A DNA stretch of 64,000 nucleotides from Thermoanaerobaculia bacterium. GTDB taxonomy: Bacteria > Acidobacteriota > Thermoanaerobaculia > UBA5066. The first letter of the stretch is position 1. Each line of letters begins with the position of its first letter. The notes below the pieces were generated by a model that did not search any database, was not told the origin of the DNA, and saw nothing but the letters and a program-made list of their open reading frames with translations. The stretch is from contig CAWFJJ010000005.1 in NCBI GenBank assembly GCA_963816185.1, forward strand, positions 32,001-96,000. The letters run 5' to 3'. Made by a program: the position numbers and the translations under genes. This document shows positions 18,751 to 30,308 of the stretch, piece by piece.

Positions 18751-21597
18751 TCAGGGCCTCGCGGCGAGCTCCGCCGCCACGTACATCGGGTCGTTCGTGC
18801 CGTTGTCGATGACCGTCGCGTAGGCCGCCACGAGACCTCCCGACGGCGAGATCCGGAGAAGCCCCGCGGGGGGGCCGTCGCCGAGACCGCGCCCGTGGAA
18901 GAGGTCGTCGATCTGGACGCCGCCCGTGAGCGGGAGAGGCGTTTCGAATTCGTCCTCGAGGTCGCCGCGCTCGTCGAAGACCTCGACTTTGACGCTCAAC
19001 GGCGGGCCGGTTACGAACGAGGTCGTGAGGTCGACGAGCCCGAGATTCGTCCGGAAGCCGCTTCCTCCCGCAGGCAGGAGGACCTCGAGCGACTCGCCGC
19101 CGCCCGCGGATTGAAAGGAGTTCAGGGCGGGGATGAGAAGGCCGTAGGTGCCTCCCGAAGGCTCCGCCGTGTAGGTACGCGACGTTACGCGTACGCCGCC
19201 TGACACGTCCGCTCCGCCGTCCGTCTGAAAGCGCAGGCGCGCGACGCCCGTTCGGCCGAACGCCGTAAGGAGCGCGTCGCGAATCGTCTTCGATTCGCGG
19301 GGAAGAAGAGTGAGGAGCAGCGTCTGCTCGGACTCGTTCGAGCTCCAGCTCTTGACGAGAAGGCGCACGGTCCGGACGCCGTCCGCCGGATTGAAGAGAA
19401 ACAAATCGCTTCGGTAGGCGGCTCCGTGCGCTCCGTCCGCGTGGACGATCGCGGGAATGGTCCGCACGACCGTGGCCGGGATGTCCGGAGGGAAGTACGT
19501 GGGATCGTTCGTCGCGTTGTCGATCGCGATGGCACCCACGACGGTCTCGCCGGACTGCGGCGTCACGAGGACGGATCCCGTCCGCCAGAACGGCGCCCCG
19601 AGCCTGGAGGCGAGATCGTCGAGCTGCGTTTGCCCCCAGGCAGGCGCGACGAGGTATCCGGCGCCTGCCGTGGGATCGGCCGGGTCCGGCGAAAGCGTGA
19701 GCGTTGCCTGCGCGCCGCGCCCGCTCACATCGGTGGCGATCACGTTCGTGCGAAAGCCGGGACCGAGGAGGCCCGCCGCGAACGAAACCGGGAAGCCAGC
19801 GCCGATCCCCGCGAAGACGTCCACCGCGCCGACCGACATTCCGTACGAACCGGCAGGCGTCGTCGTGTACGTGTGGCTCGTGGCTTCGATCGAGCGGCCG
19901 CTTTCGGGCGTGAGGAGAAGCGCCCCGGAGCCGGACTCGAGATGGAACAGCGACGAGAGGACGTCTCTCTCCGTGAGGATCGCGCCGCCGGCGAGCGTCA
20001 CGGCCGCGTCGGGCGGCACGGGAGCCGCATCGGGGTTCGGAAGGAACCGCACCGCCACGGACACGGGGTCTGCGTCCGGATTTCGCAGCACGAGGTCCGT
20101 GCGCCATCGGCTCTTGTTCATTCCGTCGGTCCGGGCGGTTCCGGGAATGACGAGGCGCTGATTCAACGAGCCGCGCACGACCCCCCACTCCTGGATGACG
20201 TCGGCGCCGCCGCTCGCGCCCGAGGGTCCGGGGGGAAGGAAGACCGGCGGCGGACTTCCCGAGTCGAAGAGGAAAAGCGAGCCGGCAGACACCGTGTCGG
20301 GATCTACGTGGACGAAGGCCTTCGTGGTCTGCTCGTTCACGAAGAGCTCGTCGTACGCGGCGGGCGCGGGCTTTCCGAGCTCCCAGACAGCGAGAGCAGG
20401 GTCCTTGAACACCCGCTGGTCGACTTGCGGACGCGGGCGGTGCACCTGCACGAGCAGGCGTTTCCCCGACGCGCCGGTGTGCAGCGCTTCGACCTCGGGG
20501 CGCGTGACGTCGCTCCAGGCCTCGACGAGGCCGGCGGCCGGAGTGTGGAGCGAGAGCACGGTGGGCCCCGTGCCGCGCTGGAGAATCCATGCGCCCGATT
20601 GGTCGGCCGTCGGGACCGCGAAGAGGTCGGTCGGATTCGGGTTCACGGCCGACGCGATCTCGAGGCGTCCACCATTTGCGGCCAGAAGCACGGCGTGCCT
20701 CGTGCCGGAGGAGCCGTACGTGTCGGCCTCGACGTATGCGCGGCCGTCGGGCGTGATCCACCCATCGCGGAACGACATGTCGGCCGGCTTGTCGGAGAGC
20801 GCCAGCACGGTGCCATCGGGGTTGACGCCGTAAAGGCCGGGCGGAGCCCATTCGCCCTCCGGACCGGCGGCCTGGTGCGGGAGCGGAGCTCCCGAAAGCA
20901 GCGCACGCCTTCCCTCCGCGTCCGTGCCGATGAGCGAGCTGTCGTTCGAGGCGAAGATCCGGCGCGCGACGCTGCCGTTCGCGAAGACGTCCCAAAGACC
21001 GAGGCGCTGCGTGTCCGATTCGAATAGAGCGAGGAGAAAAGGAGACCCGGCAGTGCCGATGCGAATGGCCGAGTCACGCGCACGCACGTAGGGGCCGCCG
21101 ATGTCCACGGACGACGGCAGATAGGCGCCAGCGGGAGGGAGGGGAAGAACCGACCACGTCGCGCCGCCGTCGGCGCTGAAGAGGAATCGGAATTGGCTGG
21201 TCGGATTCTCGCCGGCGAAGAGGCTCGCGCTCGTGTGCGCGAGAAGAACCGGGGGGAATCCCGCCTCTTCCCGCGCTGCCGCGAAGTCGATACCCGCGTC
21301 GACGCCACCGGGCGTCACGTCGCGGGGCTCCTCCAGGCCGAGGCTGTCGTGAAGGACGAGGCGCGAGGGCGAAGCCCATCCGCACGAAAGGCACGTGGGG
21401 ATGCCGCCGACGAACGTCTGAACGCCCGTCTGCTCGATGAGGAGGGCGTGCCGGTTCGTCCGTCTCTGAACCGCCGGAGTGCACGTTCTGCTGCTGAGGG
21501 GGGCGTACGAAATGACGCGAGCCGCCGCCGGGCCGGCGGACGCAAGAAGGACGAGCGATGCGAGAGCCGCGACGCGGCCGGGCGGGGAAATCGCCAT
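18751..21597 (-). CDS. Secreted protein with two C-terminal G..G..[WY]R[TS]DL..N domains
   Basis: Start MAISPPG with SD AAGGAG; signal peptide; repeats ending AIAIDNATNDP and YATVIDNGTNDP. Confidence 0.8.
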   Translation of the reverse strand: MAISPPGRVAALASLVLLASAGPAAARVISYAPLSSRTCTPAVQRRTNRHALLIEQTGVQTFVGGIPTCLSCGWASPSRLVLHDSLGLEEPRDVTPGGVDAGIDFAAAREEAGFPPVLLAHTSASLFAGENPTSQFRFLFSADGGATWSVLPLPPAGAYLPSSVDIGGPYVRARDSAIRIGTAGSPFLLALFESDTQRLGLWDVFANGSVARRIFASNDSSLIGTDAEGRRALLSGAPLPHQAAGPEGEWAPPGLYGVNPDGTVLALSDKPADMSFRDGWITPDGRAYVEADTYGSSGTRHAVLLAANGGRLEIASAVNPNPTDLFAVPTADQSGAWILQRGTGPTVLSLHTPAAGLVEAWSDVTRPEVEALHTGASGKRLLVQVHRPRPQVDQRVFKDPALAVWELGKPAPAAYDELFVNEQTTKAFVHVDPDTVSAGSLFLFDSGSPPPVFLPPGPSGASGGADVIQEWGVVRGSLNQRLVIPGTARTDGMNKSRWRTDLVLRNPDADPVSVAVRFLPNPDAAPVPPDAAVTLAGGAILTERDVLSSLFHLESGSGALLLTPESGRSIEATSHTYTTTPAGSYGMSVGAVDVFAGIGAGFPVSFAAGLLGPGFRTNVIATDVSGRGAQATLTLSPDPADPTAGAGYLVAPAWGQTQLDDLASRLGAPFWRTGSVLVTPQSGETVVGAIAIDNATNDPTYFPPDIPATVVRTIPAIVHADGAHGAAYRSDLFLFNPADGVRTVRLLVKSWSSNESEQTLLLTLLPRESKTIRDALLTAFGRTGVARLRFQTDGGADVSGGVRVTSRTYTAEPSGGTYGLLIPALNSFQSAGGGESLEVLLPAGGSGFRTNLGLVDLTTSFVTGPPLSVKVEVFDERGDLEDEFETPLPLTGGVQIDDLFHGRGLGDGPPAGLLRISPSGGLVAAYATVIDNGTNDPMYVAAELAARP

Positions 21598-21680
21598 CGA
21601 AGACTCCTTCGAAGCCGCTCCGTCAGCGGGGGTCGGTTCTGCTGGAAGTGTCGTCCCGCGGAACGACCTTTCCCGCCTCG

Positions 21681-24600
21681 TCAGTACTCGGCCGCCGGGA
21701 GCATTCTCAGGACGCTGCCGTCGGACGTCTTCGCGTCGTTCAGGACGCCGTAGGCGAGCCAGGTATCGTCGCCGGCAATGCGCGTGATGACCGCGTAAGC
21801 CGCCGTCGTGCCGGCGGGCACGCCCGCGATGTCGAAGATGGAGGACCACTGCGTCCAGTCGCCCGGCCGAAGCGTCACGGTGATCGCGTTCCCCACGGCC
21901 AGGGAGGTCGTGGCGTCGTAGAGACGCACGGAGAGCGAGAGAGGGATCTCCGACCCGCCGCCCAGGTGGACGACGGCGAGATTCGAGCGCACGGACGCAT
22001 CGCGCGCGAGGCCCGGCACGAGCGCCGAGACGCGCGCGCCGCCCCCTTTCACGGCGGCGGCGTATGCGACGCCGAACGCGCCGCCCGTGGCCGTGTCGGT
22101 GTTCGGCGTCGTCGTGCGCGCGAGCGCCACCGTCCTCGGTGCGTCGAGGTTGCCGAGATTCCGGAACGACACGGAGAGAGAGCCGGCCTGGGCGCCCGTC
22201 GAGGGGTCCGGGATGTCGACGCCCTTCGATCTCAGGTACGCGAGGATGTCAGGAATCGTCGTCTGCTGGTGCGCGGCGAGCGTGAAGGTGACGACCGGGA
22301 CGCCCGTCGAGGATCCGAAGTTCGGCGCGGGCTTGTAGACGAGGTCCACCGGCGTCGAAAAATCGCCGTCGTTCGCGACCGTGAGCTCGGTCGTGTAGTG
22401 CGACCCGGCGGCGCCGAACACGTCGAGAACGACGGGCACGACGAGTGTCCGCCCGGCCGCGATGCCGCCCGGCCGGTAGAGCGGCAGGATCGAGCCGTCG
22501 GAGGTCTTCGCGTCGTTCACGACGCCGTAGCCCGTCCAGGCGGCGCTGCCGCTCGTCCGCGTGATCCTCGCGTAGCCGTACGCGCCGTCGGGGAGTCCCG
22601 CGAGGCCGAGAATTCCGTTGAACTGTCTCCACTCCCCCGGATTCAGCGACGTGACGATCGGTGCGCCCGAGGCTGCGCCGCTCTGGTCGTACACTTGGAT
22701 GGAAAGCGTCACCGTTTCCGAACCGCGGCCCGGAACGCACCCGACGGCGAGATTCGATCGAGACGTGCCGGAGATGCTTCGGAGCCCGTAGATCGAGCCC
22801 TCGTCCTCGGCGGCCTCGAGGTCGGACGGCGCGTCGAGGAACGTGCCGAAGCTGCCGGCGGCGCCGGCCGTGTATGCCCGGGAGAACGCGTAAACGGAAT
22901 CGGTCGCGGCCGCGGGAGACGCCTGCGGGTCGGCCGCGATCCAGACCGAGCCCGCCGTGCCGGAGGCTCCGGGCGTGATCGCGAGACCGCGGTCGCGAAA
23001 GAACTGGAGGGCGTCCGGCGCGCGCAGCTCCGAGGAGGGCGTAAGCACGACGGAGATGGTGGCTCCGCCCGCGGGCAGACCGAAGTCGGGCGCGGGGACG
23101 AAGCCCACCGTGACCGTCACAGGCGAGGTGGAGCGGTTTCCGAGCGTGAGGTCGGATCGGAAGCGCGCTCCGGTGGCCCCGACGACGTCGAGGATGACGG
23201 GGAGGTATTTCGCGGACGAATATGCGGGCGCGACGTAGAGCCCGCTGCCCGCGGTGCCCGCGTACAGGGCGGAGCCGTCGCCGCTCTTCCTCACGACGCG
23301 GACGTCCGCCCCCGCGGGAAGGCCGGCGTTCTCCGGCTGCCAGCCGCCGGCGGTCCGGCGGAGGACTCCTGCCGTGCCGCCGGCCGCGAACGCCGTCCCG
23401 CTGCCTACGTCGAGCGATGAGACGAAGGCCGTGCTCGCGCCGAAGTCGTCCTCGCGCCATGGGCCCGTCGAAGAGAAGATTCCGCCCGACACCGGCGCCG
23501 CGAAAAGCACGTTCGAGTCGCCGGCAAGGGCCTGAGCGGACGTCGGCGCCCCGGAGAGGGCCTGCCAGGCGCTCTGTGCGCGGACAAAGAGGCTTCCTCC
23601 GACGGAAGCGTAGAGCTTTCCGGCCACCCCGCGCGTCGTCAGCACGGCTCCGTTCGCGGGCAGCCCCGCGTTGTCGGACGACCACGTGCTGGCGACGAGC
23701 CGCCACATTCCCGCATTCGATGTGCCGCCCGCGACGCTGCCGTCAGAGACTTGCGCGAGCGACGTGATCGCGACGCCGAGCGGCAGGCCGGCCTCGACGA
23801 TCGAGGGTGGCGCAGAGAGACCCGGCCCGAGCGTCCACGCGTAAAGGTGGCAGTTCGTCGCGGCGAAAAGGCTCAGGGAGCTGGCTTCGATCGCGCTCAC
23901 GTCACCGCAGTTGTCGGGGGCGATATTCGCTCCGGGCTGCGAAGCCGACGCGAGGCCTGCTCCGTGCGCGGCCGCGAGCGTCGTGCCCGGGATGATGACG
24001 ACGTCGGAGATGGAGGCCGCATAGAGCCCGGTTCCCGCGGCGCTCCACGAGCTACCGGAGAGCCTGTAAACCGGGGCGCCGGCCGTGCCGACGTAGAGAT
24101 CGCTTCCCAGCGTTCCGAAGCTCTTGGCCGACGCGACGAGGAGGCCCGTGTTCGTGGCGAGCCAGGAGCCCACGAGCGAGAGAATCCCCGCGTCTGCGGT
24201 CGCCGCGCGCAGCGTGCCGCCTGCGCCCGTGACGGCACGCACGTCGTGCAGTCCGAAGCCGGGGACCGCGTTCCACGCCCCCGCGAAGGAGTAAAGAGTC
24301 TGGTCGGTGCCCGCGTACAGCGTGCCGTTCGCGACACCGAGCGCCTGGACGGTGGACGTCACCGAAAGTCCGGTCGAGATCGACGTGACCGCGGCGCCCG
24401 CGTATTGCGCCGCACCGCCGCGAAGGCCGACGACGAGGTCGCCGGATACGACGGCCGCGGCCGTCACGAATCCGCCCGGATTGGCCAGCAGAGTCCAGGC
24501 CCCCGAGGAGCGCTTCGCGACGCCGAGGCCCGCGGCCCACACGGCGGTACCGTCCGTCGCGAGGAGACGTGGGAAAGACGAGCCCGCCGGGAAGGGTCTC

Positions 24601-24927
24601 CGGGCTCCACGTTCCGTCGGCGCCTCGGCGCCACACGTTCTCTCCGTCGGCGGCGTAAACGGAATCGGCAACCGCGATCGAGGTGATCCTCTGCGCCGAG
24701 AGGCCGTCGAGAGTCCAGATGCCGGCGTCCAGGCGCCAGACGCCGCGCGGCGTGGCGGCCCAGAGGGTCGCGCCGCTTCCGACGAGCGCGGCCGCGTCGG
24801 CTCCGGGAAGGACCGGGACCTGGGAGAACCTGAGGCCCGCACGCACGGGCAAGGCCGCCAGAATCGTGACGAACGCCACCGTCATGACGCGGGCGGGCAA
24901 ACCTCGGACCTCGAAAAGTCGTCTCAT
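21681..24927 (-). CDS. Secreted beta-propeller protein with two C-terminal repeat domains; frameshift near 24590
   Basis: Signal peptide in ORF 24052..25311, continuing in ORF 21681..24842; LYAGT/LYVGT blades; repeats ending YGVVNDAKTSDGS and YGVLNDAKTSDGS. Confidence 0.8.
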
Positions 24928-25026
24928 GTGGCGTGCCTCGGGCGCTGAGAGCGCCTTTTTGCAGTGTACATGGCACGACATGTGCGACGACTTCCCCGGG
25001 GGACGGATTTCCAGAAGGAGACGATC

Positions 25027-25350
25027 ATGAATCCAAAGTCCTCTTTCCGTAGGTGCTTTCCCGCGGCCGCGGCTTTCGCGGCTTTTTTCTCCACGGCATG
25101 CGTCGTCGCGCCTCCACCGGGGGCCGTCTACGTCCGCACGGCGCCGCCGGCTGCCATCGTCGAGGTCAGGGGCGTCGCCCCGGGACCCGGCTTCGTCTGG
25201 ATCTCGGGCTACCACGCGTGGCGCGGCGGTGCGTATGTCTGGGTGCCTGGCCGTTGGGCCGCTCGCCCCCACGTGCACGCCGTGTGGATTGCAGGAAGAT
25301 GGAGACATCACCGCAACGGCTGGTACTGGGTCGAAGGGCGCTGGAGATAA
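25027..25350 (+). CDS. YXWGXW/WXXGXW-repeat lipoprotein
   Basis: SD AAGGAG; lipobox-like STAC; FVWISGYH, YVWVPGRW, VWIAGRW, WYWVEGRW. Confidence 0.9.
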   Translation: MNPKSSFRRCFPAAAAFAAFFSTACVVAPPPGAVYVRTAPPAAIVEVRGVAPGPGFVWISGYHAWRGGAYVWVPGRWAARPHVHAVWIAGRWRHHRNGWYWVEGRWR

Positions 25351-26616
25351 TGTCGCGCTATTCGGTTCGATCCTGATCGCCTCTTCGCCGACCCTCGCTA
25401 CGCCTCATATGCCGCGGGCGGGGTGGGGGCCGTCGAGGCGGGCAGCGTCGCGTCGATTTCAGAGGCCCTGGAAGACGATTCTTCGAAGGGTAAAGAGGAG
25501 ATCGCCGCCTTCGCGATTTCGACGCAGGGGCTCTCGGCGCTGGTGGCGAGGTGCGCCGGAATCGGGGCGCTCCCTGCGCCCCTCTCCCAATTTCTATTCG
25601 AAGAAGTTTCCCGGGCCGGCGCGCGCGCGCGCCGCCTCCGAGCGACTCTGGAAGAGACCGTTCACGCTCTGAGGGCGTCCGGGGTCGAGGTCGTCGCGCT
25701 CAAAGGCGCGGCGCTCGCGTTCTTCCACTACCCCGACCCGGCGCTCAGGCCTATGGGCGACCTCGATCTTCTCCTCGAGGAGCCGCGCGACCTCGAACGG
25801 GCGACGGCGGCGCTCGTCGGAGCCGGTTGGATCGCGCTTTTCGACACGCCTCGCCACCGTGTCTTCGCCCGGTCCGACGAGCGCGTCGCGCGGCCCGCGT
25901 CGGAGGATCCGGACAACCCGATCCGTATCGAGCTCCACACGTCGTTCCGCCTGCCGGTGCTCGGGCGAATCTACGACGCGAGCGCGGAGCTCCGGGCGCA
26001 GGCGGAAACGCGCGACCTCGGAGGCACGCCCGTCGCGATCGCGGCGGGGCCTGCGCTCCTCCGCCACCTCCTCTTCCATGCGGCGGAGGATTTCGCCGGA
26101 AACGGGATCCGAGGAATACAGGCTCACGACTTCAGGCTCCTCGCGCGCGAGAGGGGAGCGAAGAGCGGCGCATTCGCGCCGCCGGGGGATTCTTCGAAAG
26201 GTGAAGAGGGAGGGTCTCGGGCGTTGGCGTTTGTGCCCGATCTGTCCGGCGCCGCGCCGGGACCGGTCCTTTACGCTCTAGACGCGATCGAGCGACTGTT
26301 CCCTCACTCATTCGAAGAATCTCTCTTCGAATGTCTCTCCTTGAGCGTCGACCCCTCGTTGCGGGCGCGCGCGGCGGCACTTCCCGCTCTTCGCTACACC
26401 CGCCCGACGCGGGGCTGGACGCGCACGCTCCTCACGCTCGTCGAGGGACCGACTCTGAAGGCTCGTTTCGTCCTCCGCGTCCTGTTTCCGAGTCCCGGCG
26501 AGGTGCGCGCGAACGCGGCACCGGAGCACTCCGGCCTCTCGCTCGCGGGGGCGTACGCGCGAATACTGATTCGACGGATCGGCTCCCTGTTTCGCGGGAC
26601 GGGCGACCCGCTGTGA
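25350..26616 (+). CDS. Nucleotidyltransferase (NTP_transf_5-like family)
   Basis: LKGAALA, YPDPALRPMGDLDLLL, IELH motifs. Start uncertain: ATG 25350 (TAATG overlap, needs an early indel) or GTG 25423. Confidence 0.85.
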
Positions 26617-27805
26617 CCGAGGCGATCCTTCGCAAAGGGGAGTTCCACGCGCACGAGCGTTTCGGCCCGGAAACGGTCAATCGCGGTGCCGTTCTCTGGG
26701 AATGCGAATGGGACGGCGGCGTCTTCGAGTCGGGCGTGATGCTCGGCGGCATCTTCCGCGCGGGCGAGTTTCGCGACGGAGTGGTCTGGGCCGCCTGGTG
26801 GAAGGGCGGCGTCTGGAAGGGCGGTTTCTGGCATCACGGCTTCGCGGACGACGGCACGTATCGGCCGCGCGGGGCCTTCCCGGGATGCGCTCTTTCGGGC
26901 GCCGTCGTTCCCGAGAGCCCGATCGAGGAGAGTACGGGTCCGCGTGTGACCGTGTTCACGGCGTCCGTGTTCGAAGACGTTCCGCGGATCTGGCTCGCCT
27001 GCCTCCGGCGGTCCCTGCCGCCCGACGACGCGAGTTCGAGATCTTCGACGACTCCGCGGACGGAGCTCTGGACGAAAAGCTCTTGCCGGACGCCACGCTG
27101 CTTCGGCGGTCGGAAGAGCGCCCGGACTTCCAGGTCGCGTACGGCGACGCCTTGAGACGCGCCACGACGCCGTTTCTCGCCTTCGTCGACACCGACGTCT
27201 TCTGGCTCTCCCGCGACGTCTGGCCGCGCGTCCTGAAGGAGCTCGAGAGCCCGCGCGTCGCCGGCGTCTCCTGCGTTTCGCGCGCATCCGCCGCGAGCCC
27301 TGGCACGTTCGCCGTCGTCATGAGGACGGCGGTCTATCGCGACATCGTGAGGAACGTGCCGGGCGCTTTCACGCCCTTCGTCGAGGCGGAGATGGCCGGG
27401 GGGCTGCCCGGGCGGTGTCGCGGAGACGACACGGGAGATCGGGTCGCGCGCGCGGTGAAGGAGGCCGGATTCGAGGTGCCGCTCCTGAATCTCGCGGAGG
27501 GCGGCGGGTTCGTGAGGTTCGATGCGATCACCATGACCCGGTTGCTGGCGACATGGGTGGGCGAGAAGACGCTCGTGAGGATGGCCGCGACGAACCCGTA
27601 TTTCCGGCGCGGGTGTCTCGGAGGATTCGCGCTCGCCCGCGTCCACGACGAGCTCTTCGCGGACGGGCCACGCTTCGACCGGCCGCTTCCCGCGCCGCTC
27701 CTGTGGAGAACCCTGCTCCCTCACCCGCGCACGTTCTCGCGCGCAGCGCGGGATTTCATGGAGTTCCACGAGGGCGCGAAGAGAATCCGCCGATTCCTCC
27801 GATGA
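26613..27805 (+). CDS. Fusion of Gly-aromatic pentapeptide repeat domain and GT-A-like glycosyltransferase; frameshift near 27030
   Basis: GTGA overlap start; WDGGV/FESGV/MLGGI/FRAGE/.../WKGGF repeats, then EIFDDS, TTPFLAFVDTDVFW (DxD) and VAGVS. Confidence 0.7.
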
Positions 27806-27815
27806 CGGAGGCGAC

Positions 27816-29114
27816 TCAGCGAAGCACGCCTCGCTCCGTGAGGAAGCGGGCCGCGACCCGGCCTTCGAGAAGGGCTCCTGCGGCGTTCACGTGGATCTCG
27901 TCCAGGAAGAGCGTGCCGTCGGGGGGAATCTCCCGCTCGAGATCGAGGAGGGGCACGCGCTCCTCGGCGGCAAGGGTCCTCGTCTTCTCGTTCAGGAGCG
28001 GCATCTGGATCGCGAACCACCGGAAAGACGGCAGCGGAGCCCCGTTCGCGAAGTTTCGGAGCGCCATCTCGCCCTTCCGGCGCGCCTCCTCCGGCACGTC
28101 CATCCGGAATCGGTGCGGCTGCGTGCAGAGAACGGGCTTCTGACCCCGGCTGCGGGCGAGCGTGACGATCTCGGCGAGGTTCCGGAGCATGGGCCGCGTG
28201 TCGGGGACGATGCCCTCGACGGCGAGCGTCGGGGGCGTGCGGAAGTCCGAAAAGAGCACGTACCTCGAGAAGAACCCGAGCGCGTCGAGAACGTGCGTGC
28301 GGTCCCGAAAAGATCCCGGGCGTGCGTTCGCGAGCCCTCGCTGGTGGCCGTAGTCCGTCCGGAAGGCCTCGTGATTCTCGATCGTGGCGTAGAGGTCGTT
28401 GACGGCGTGCATGACGAGAACGGCGTCCGCGTCGAGATCGATCGCGTCGGTCGCGTATCGGATGAGACTGTGCGCCGAGTTGTAGCCGGGGACAGCGGCG
28501 ACCTGGACGTCGACCGTTCGCCCGGGGAGGAGCGCGGCGAGCTCGAGCCGGAGCCTCTCGCCGTACGACTTCTCGAACGGGAGCGCCGGATCGAAGGTCG
28601 TCGAGCCGCCGAGGAGGACCACCCGCGTCATGCTCGGCGGCTTCGGGACGACGACGTCGCCGCCGCGGAACCCGCGCGCGTTCACGCCGTCGGCAGGGGC
28701 GGGCGCCGGCACGGCCTGGAGAGAGGGATGCGGAAGGTAGGCGATGCGTCTGTGCTCCGGAAAGAGACGTCGGGGCAGGAGTTGGGCGACGGCGAAGACG
28801 AAGAGCGCCGAGCCGACGAGAAGAATCGTTTTCGAGGCCGGCGCGATCGTGACGGACGTGCCGTCGCGGCGGGTCACGACCGTCGGAGAAAGCACCGACC
28901 GGACGAGGGCGAACACGGCCGGAGTCATGGCGGCGAGCGCCGCGAGGCCCCACGCGTACGCCTTCGAGAACCGCGCGAGGACGACGGGCTCTGCCGAGTG
29001 GTGAAAAAAGAGACCGGCGAGGAGAACGCCCCAGAGGAGGACGGCGAGCCACGCTCCCGCGTGCGCTCCCGCGGGGCGCGCTCCGGATTCCGGCGGCGTG
29101 CGCGAAATCGTCAC
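27816..29114 (-). CDS. Membrane-anchored SGNH/GDSL hydrolase or O-acyltransferase
   Basis: VNARGFRG, LGGSTT, AVPGYNS, MHAVND, LFLDEIHVN; three N-terminal TMs. Confidence 0.85.
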   Translation of the reverse strand: MTISRTPPESGARPAGAHAGAWLAVLLWGVLLAGLFFHHSAEPVVLARFSKAYAWGLAALAAMTPAVFALVRSVLSPTVVTRRDGTSVTIAPASKTILLVGSALFVFAVAQLLPRRLFPEHRRIAYLPHPSLQAVPAPAPADGVNARGFRGGDVVVPKPPSMTRVVLLGGSTTFDPALPFEKSYGERLRLELAALLPGRTVDVQVAAVPGYNSAHSLIRYATDAIDLDADAVLVMHAVNDLYATIENHEAFRTDYGHQRGLANARPGSFRDRTHVLDALGFFSRYVLFSDFRTPPTLAVEGIVPDTRPMLRNLAEIVTLARSRGQKPVLCTQPHRFRMDVPEEARRKGEMALRNFANGAPLPSFRWFAIQMPLLNEKTRTLAAEERVPLLDLEREIPPDGTLFLDEIHVNAAGALLEGRVAARFLTERGVLR

Positions 29115-29137
29115 CGAGGCCTCGAAACAAGCGGAGT

Positions 29138-30274
29138 CTAGTTCTTCGGGTCGCCGCGGCCGGCCGCGAGCAGGTCGGCGTAGATCCGCTCGAAGGCGGA
29201 AGCGGTGGCGTCCGCGTCGTGGGCCCTCGCCCAGGCCCGCGCCGCTTCTCCCATCGCCCGCCGCCGGGACTCGTCGCCGAGCAGGGCGAGAATCCCTGCT
29301 GCGAGCGCGGCGTCGTCGCCGACCGGCACCGAAAGCGCGCCCACGGGGGCGAGGTCGCGGATGTGCCCGACGGCGGTCCCGACCGTCGGCACGCCGCACG
29401 CGGCAGCCTCGAGGGCGACGAGCGGACCCGCCTCGTGCCGCGAGGAATGGACGAGGAGATCCGCGTGCCGGTAGAACGGAAGGAGCGCATCGCCCGGCAG
29501 GAATCCGTGGAAGGTGACGCTCTCCGACAGGCCGAGCGCAGAGGCCGCGCGCTGGACCTCGCCGCCGAGCACGTCCTCTCCGACGACGTCGAGGTGCGCC
29601 GCCGGTCGCGCATCGACGACGCGGCGGAAAGCGCGGAGGGCCGCCGGAACGTCCTTGACGCGGTTCAGGCTGCCGACGAGGAGGAGCCGGGGCGTCGCGT
29701 CGCGCGGGAGAGGCTCCGCGAAGGACTCGCGTGGAACGCCGAGCGGGACGAGGGCCGCGTCGACCCCGTGTGCGAGCGCCGCCTCGCGCATCGGCGTGCT
29801 CGCCGCCGTGACGAGCGTGGCCCGCCGCAACGCCCGGGCGGTCTTGATGCGCTCCTTGAGGTGCAGCTGGCCGCCGTAGGCGATGTCCGGCAGCCCCGTC
29901 AGCTCGCCGCCGGCGAGGCTCACGACGGCCGGGACCCCGAGGGCACGCGCCGCACGCGTGGCGAGGAAGCCGGGGTTGTTCGCCCAGAACGCGTGAATCA
30001 CGTCGAAAGGCCCGTGAGCCGAAAGCCCGCGCGTGAGACGCCGCCCTGCGGCGAAGAGAGCCTCGCCCGGCCAGCGCGAGCGCGACGCGAGCCCGAGGTT
30101 GTGGACGGCCGCGCCGCGCAGCATCCAGTCGCCCGGACGGGGCTCCTGCGCGAGCGCGAAGACGTGGACCTCGTGCCGCCGCGCAAGCCGCTCGATCAGC
30201 CAGAGGAGAGCGGGAATGACGCGCTCCCGTCCGCTTCGGTCGACGCCGCCCGGGACGACGATTGCGAGGCGCAT
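29138..30274 (-). CDS. Glycosyltransferase family 4
   Basis: DVIHAFWA, LNRVKD, SRHEAGPLVALEAAACGVPTVGT. Confidence 0.9.
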   Translation of the reverse strand: MRLAIVVPGGVDRSGRERVIPALLWLIERLARRHEVHVFALAQEPRPGDWMLRGAAVHNLGLASRSRWPGEALFAAGRRLTRGLSAHGPFDVIHAFWANNPGFLATRAARALGVPAVVSLAGGELTGLPDIAYGGQLHLKERIKTARALRRATLVTAASTPMREAALAHGVDAALVPLGVPRESFAEPLPRDATPRLLLVGSLNRVKDVPAALRAFRRVVDARPAAHLDVVGEDVLGGEVQRAASALGLSESVTFHGFLPGDALLPFYRHADLLVHSSRHEAGPLVALEAAACGVPTVGTAVGHIRDLAPVGALSVPVGDDAALAAGILALLGDESRRRAMGEAARAWARAHDADATASAFERIYADLLAAGRGDPKN

Positions 30275-30308
30275 GCGCCATGCTAACCGCCCGACGTAGC
30301 ATCGCGCG

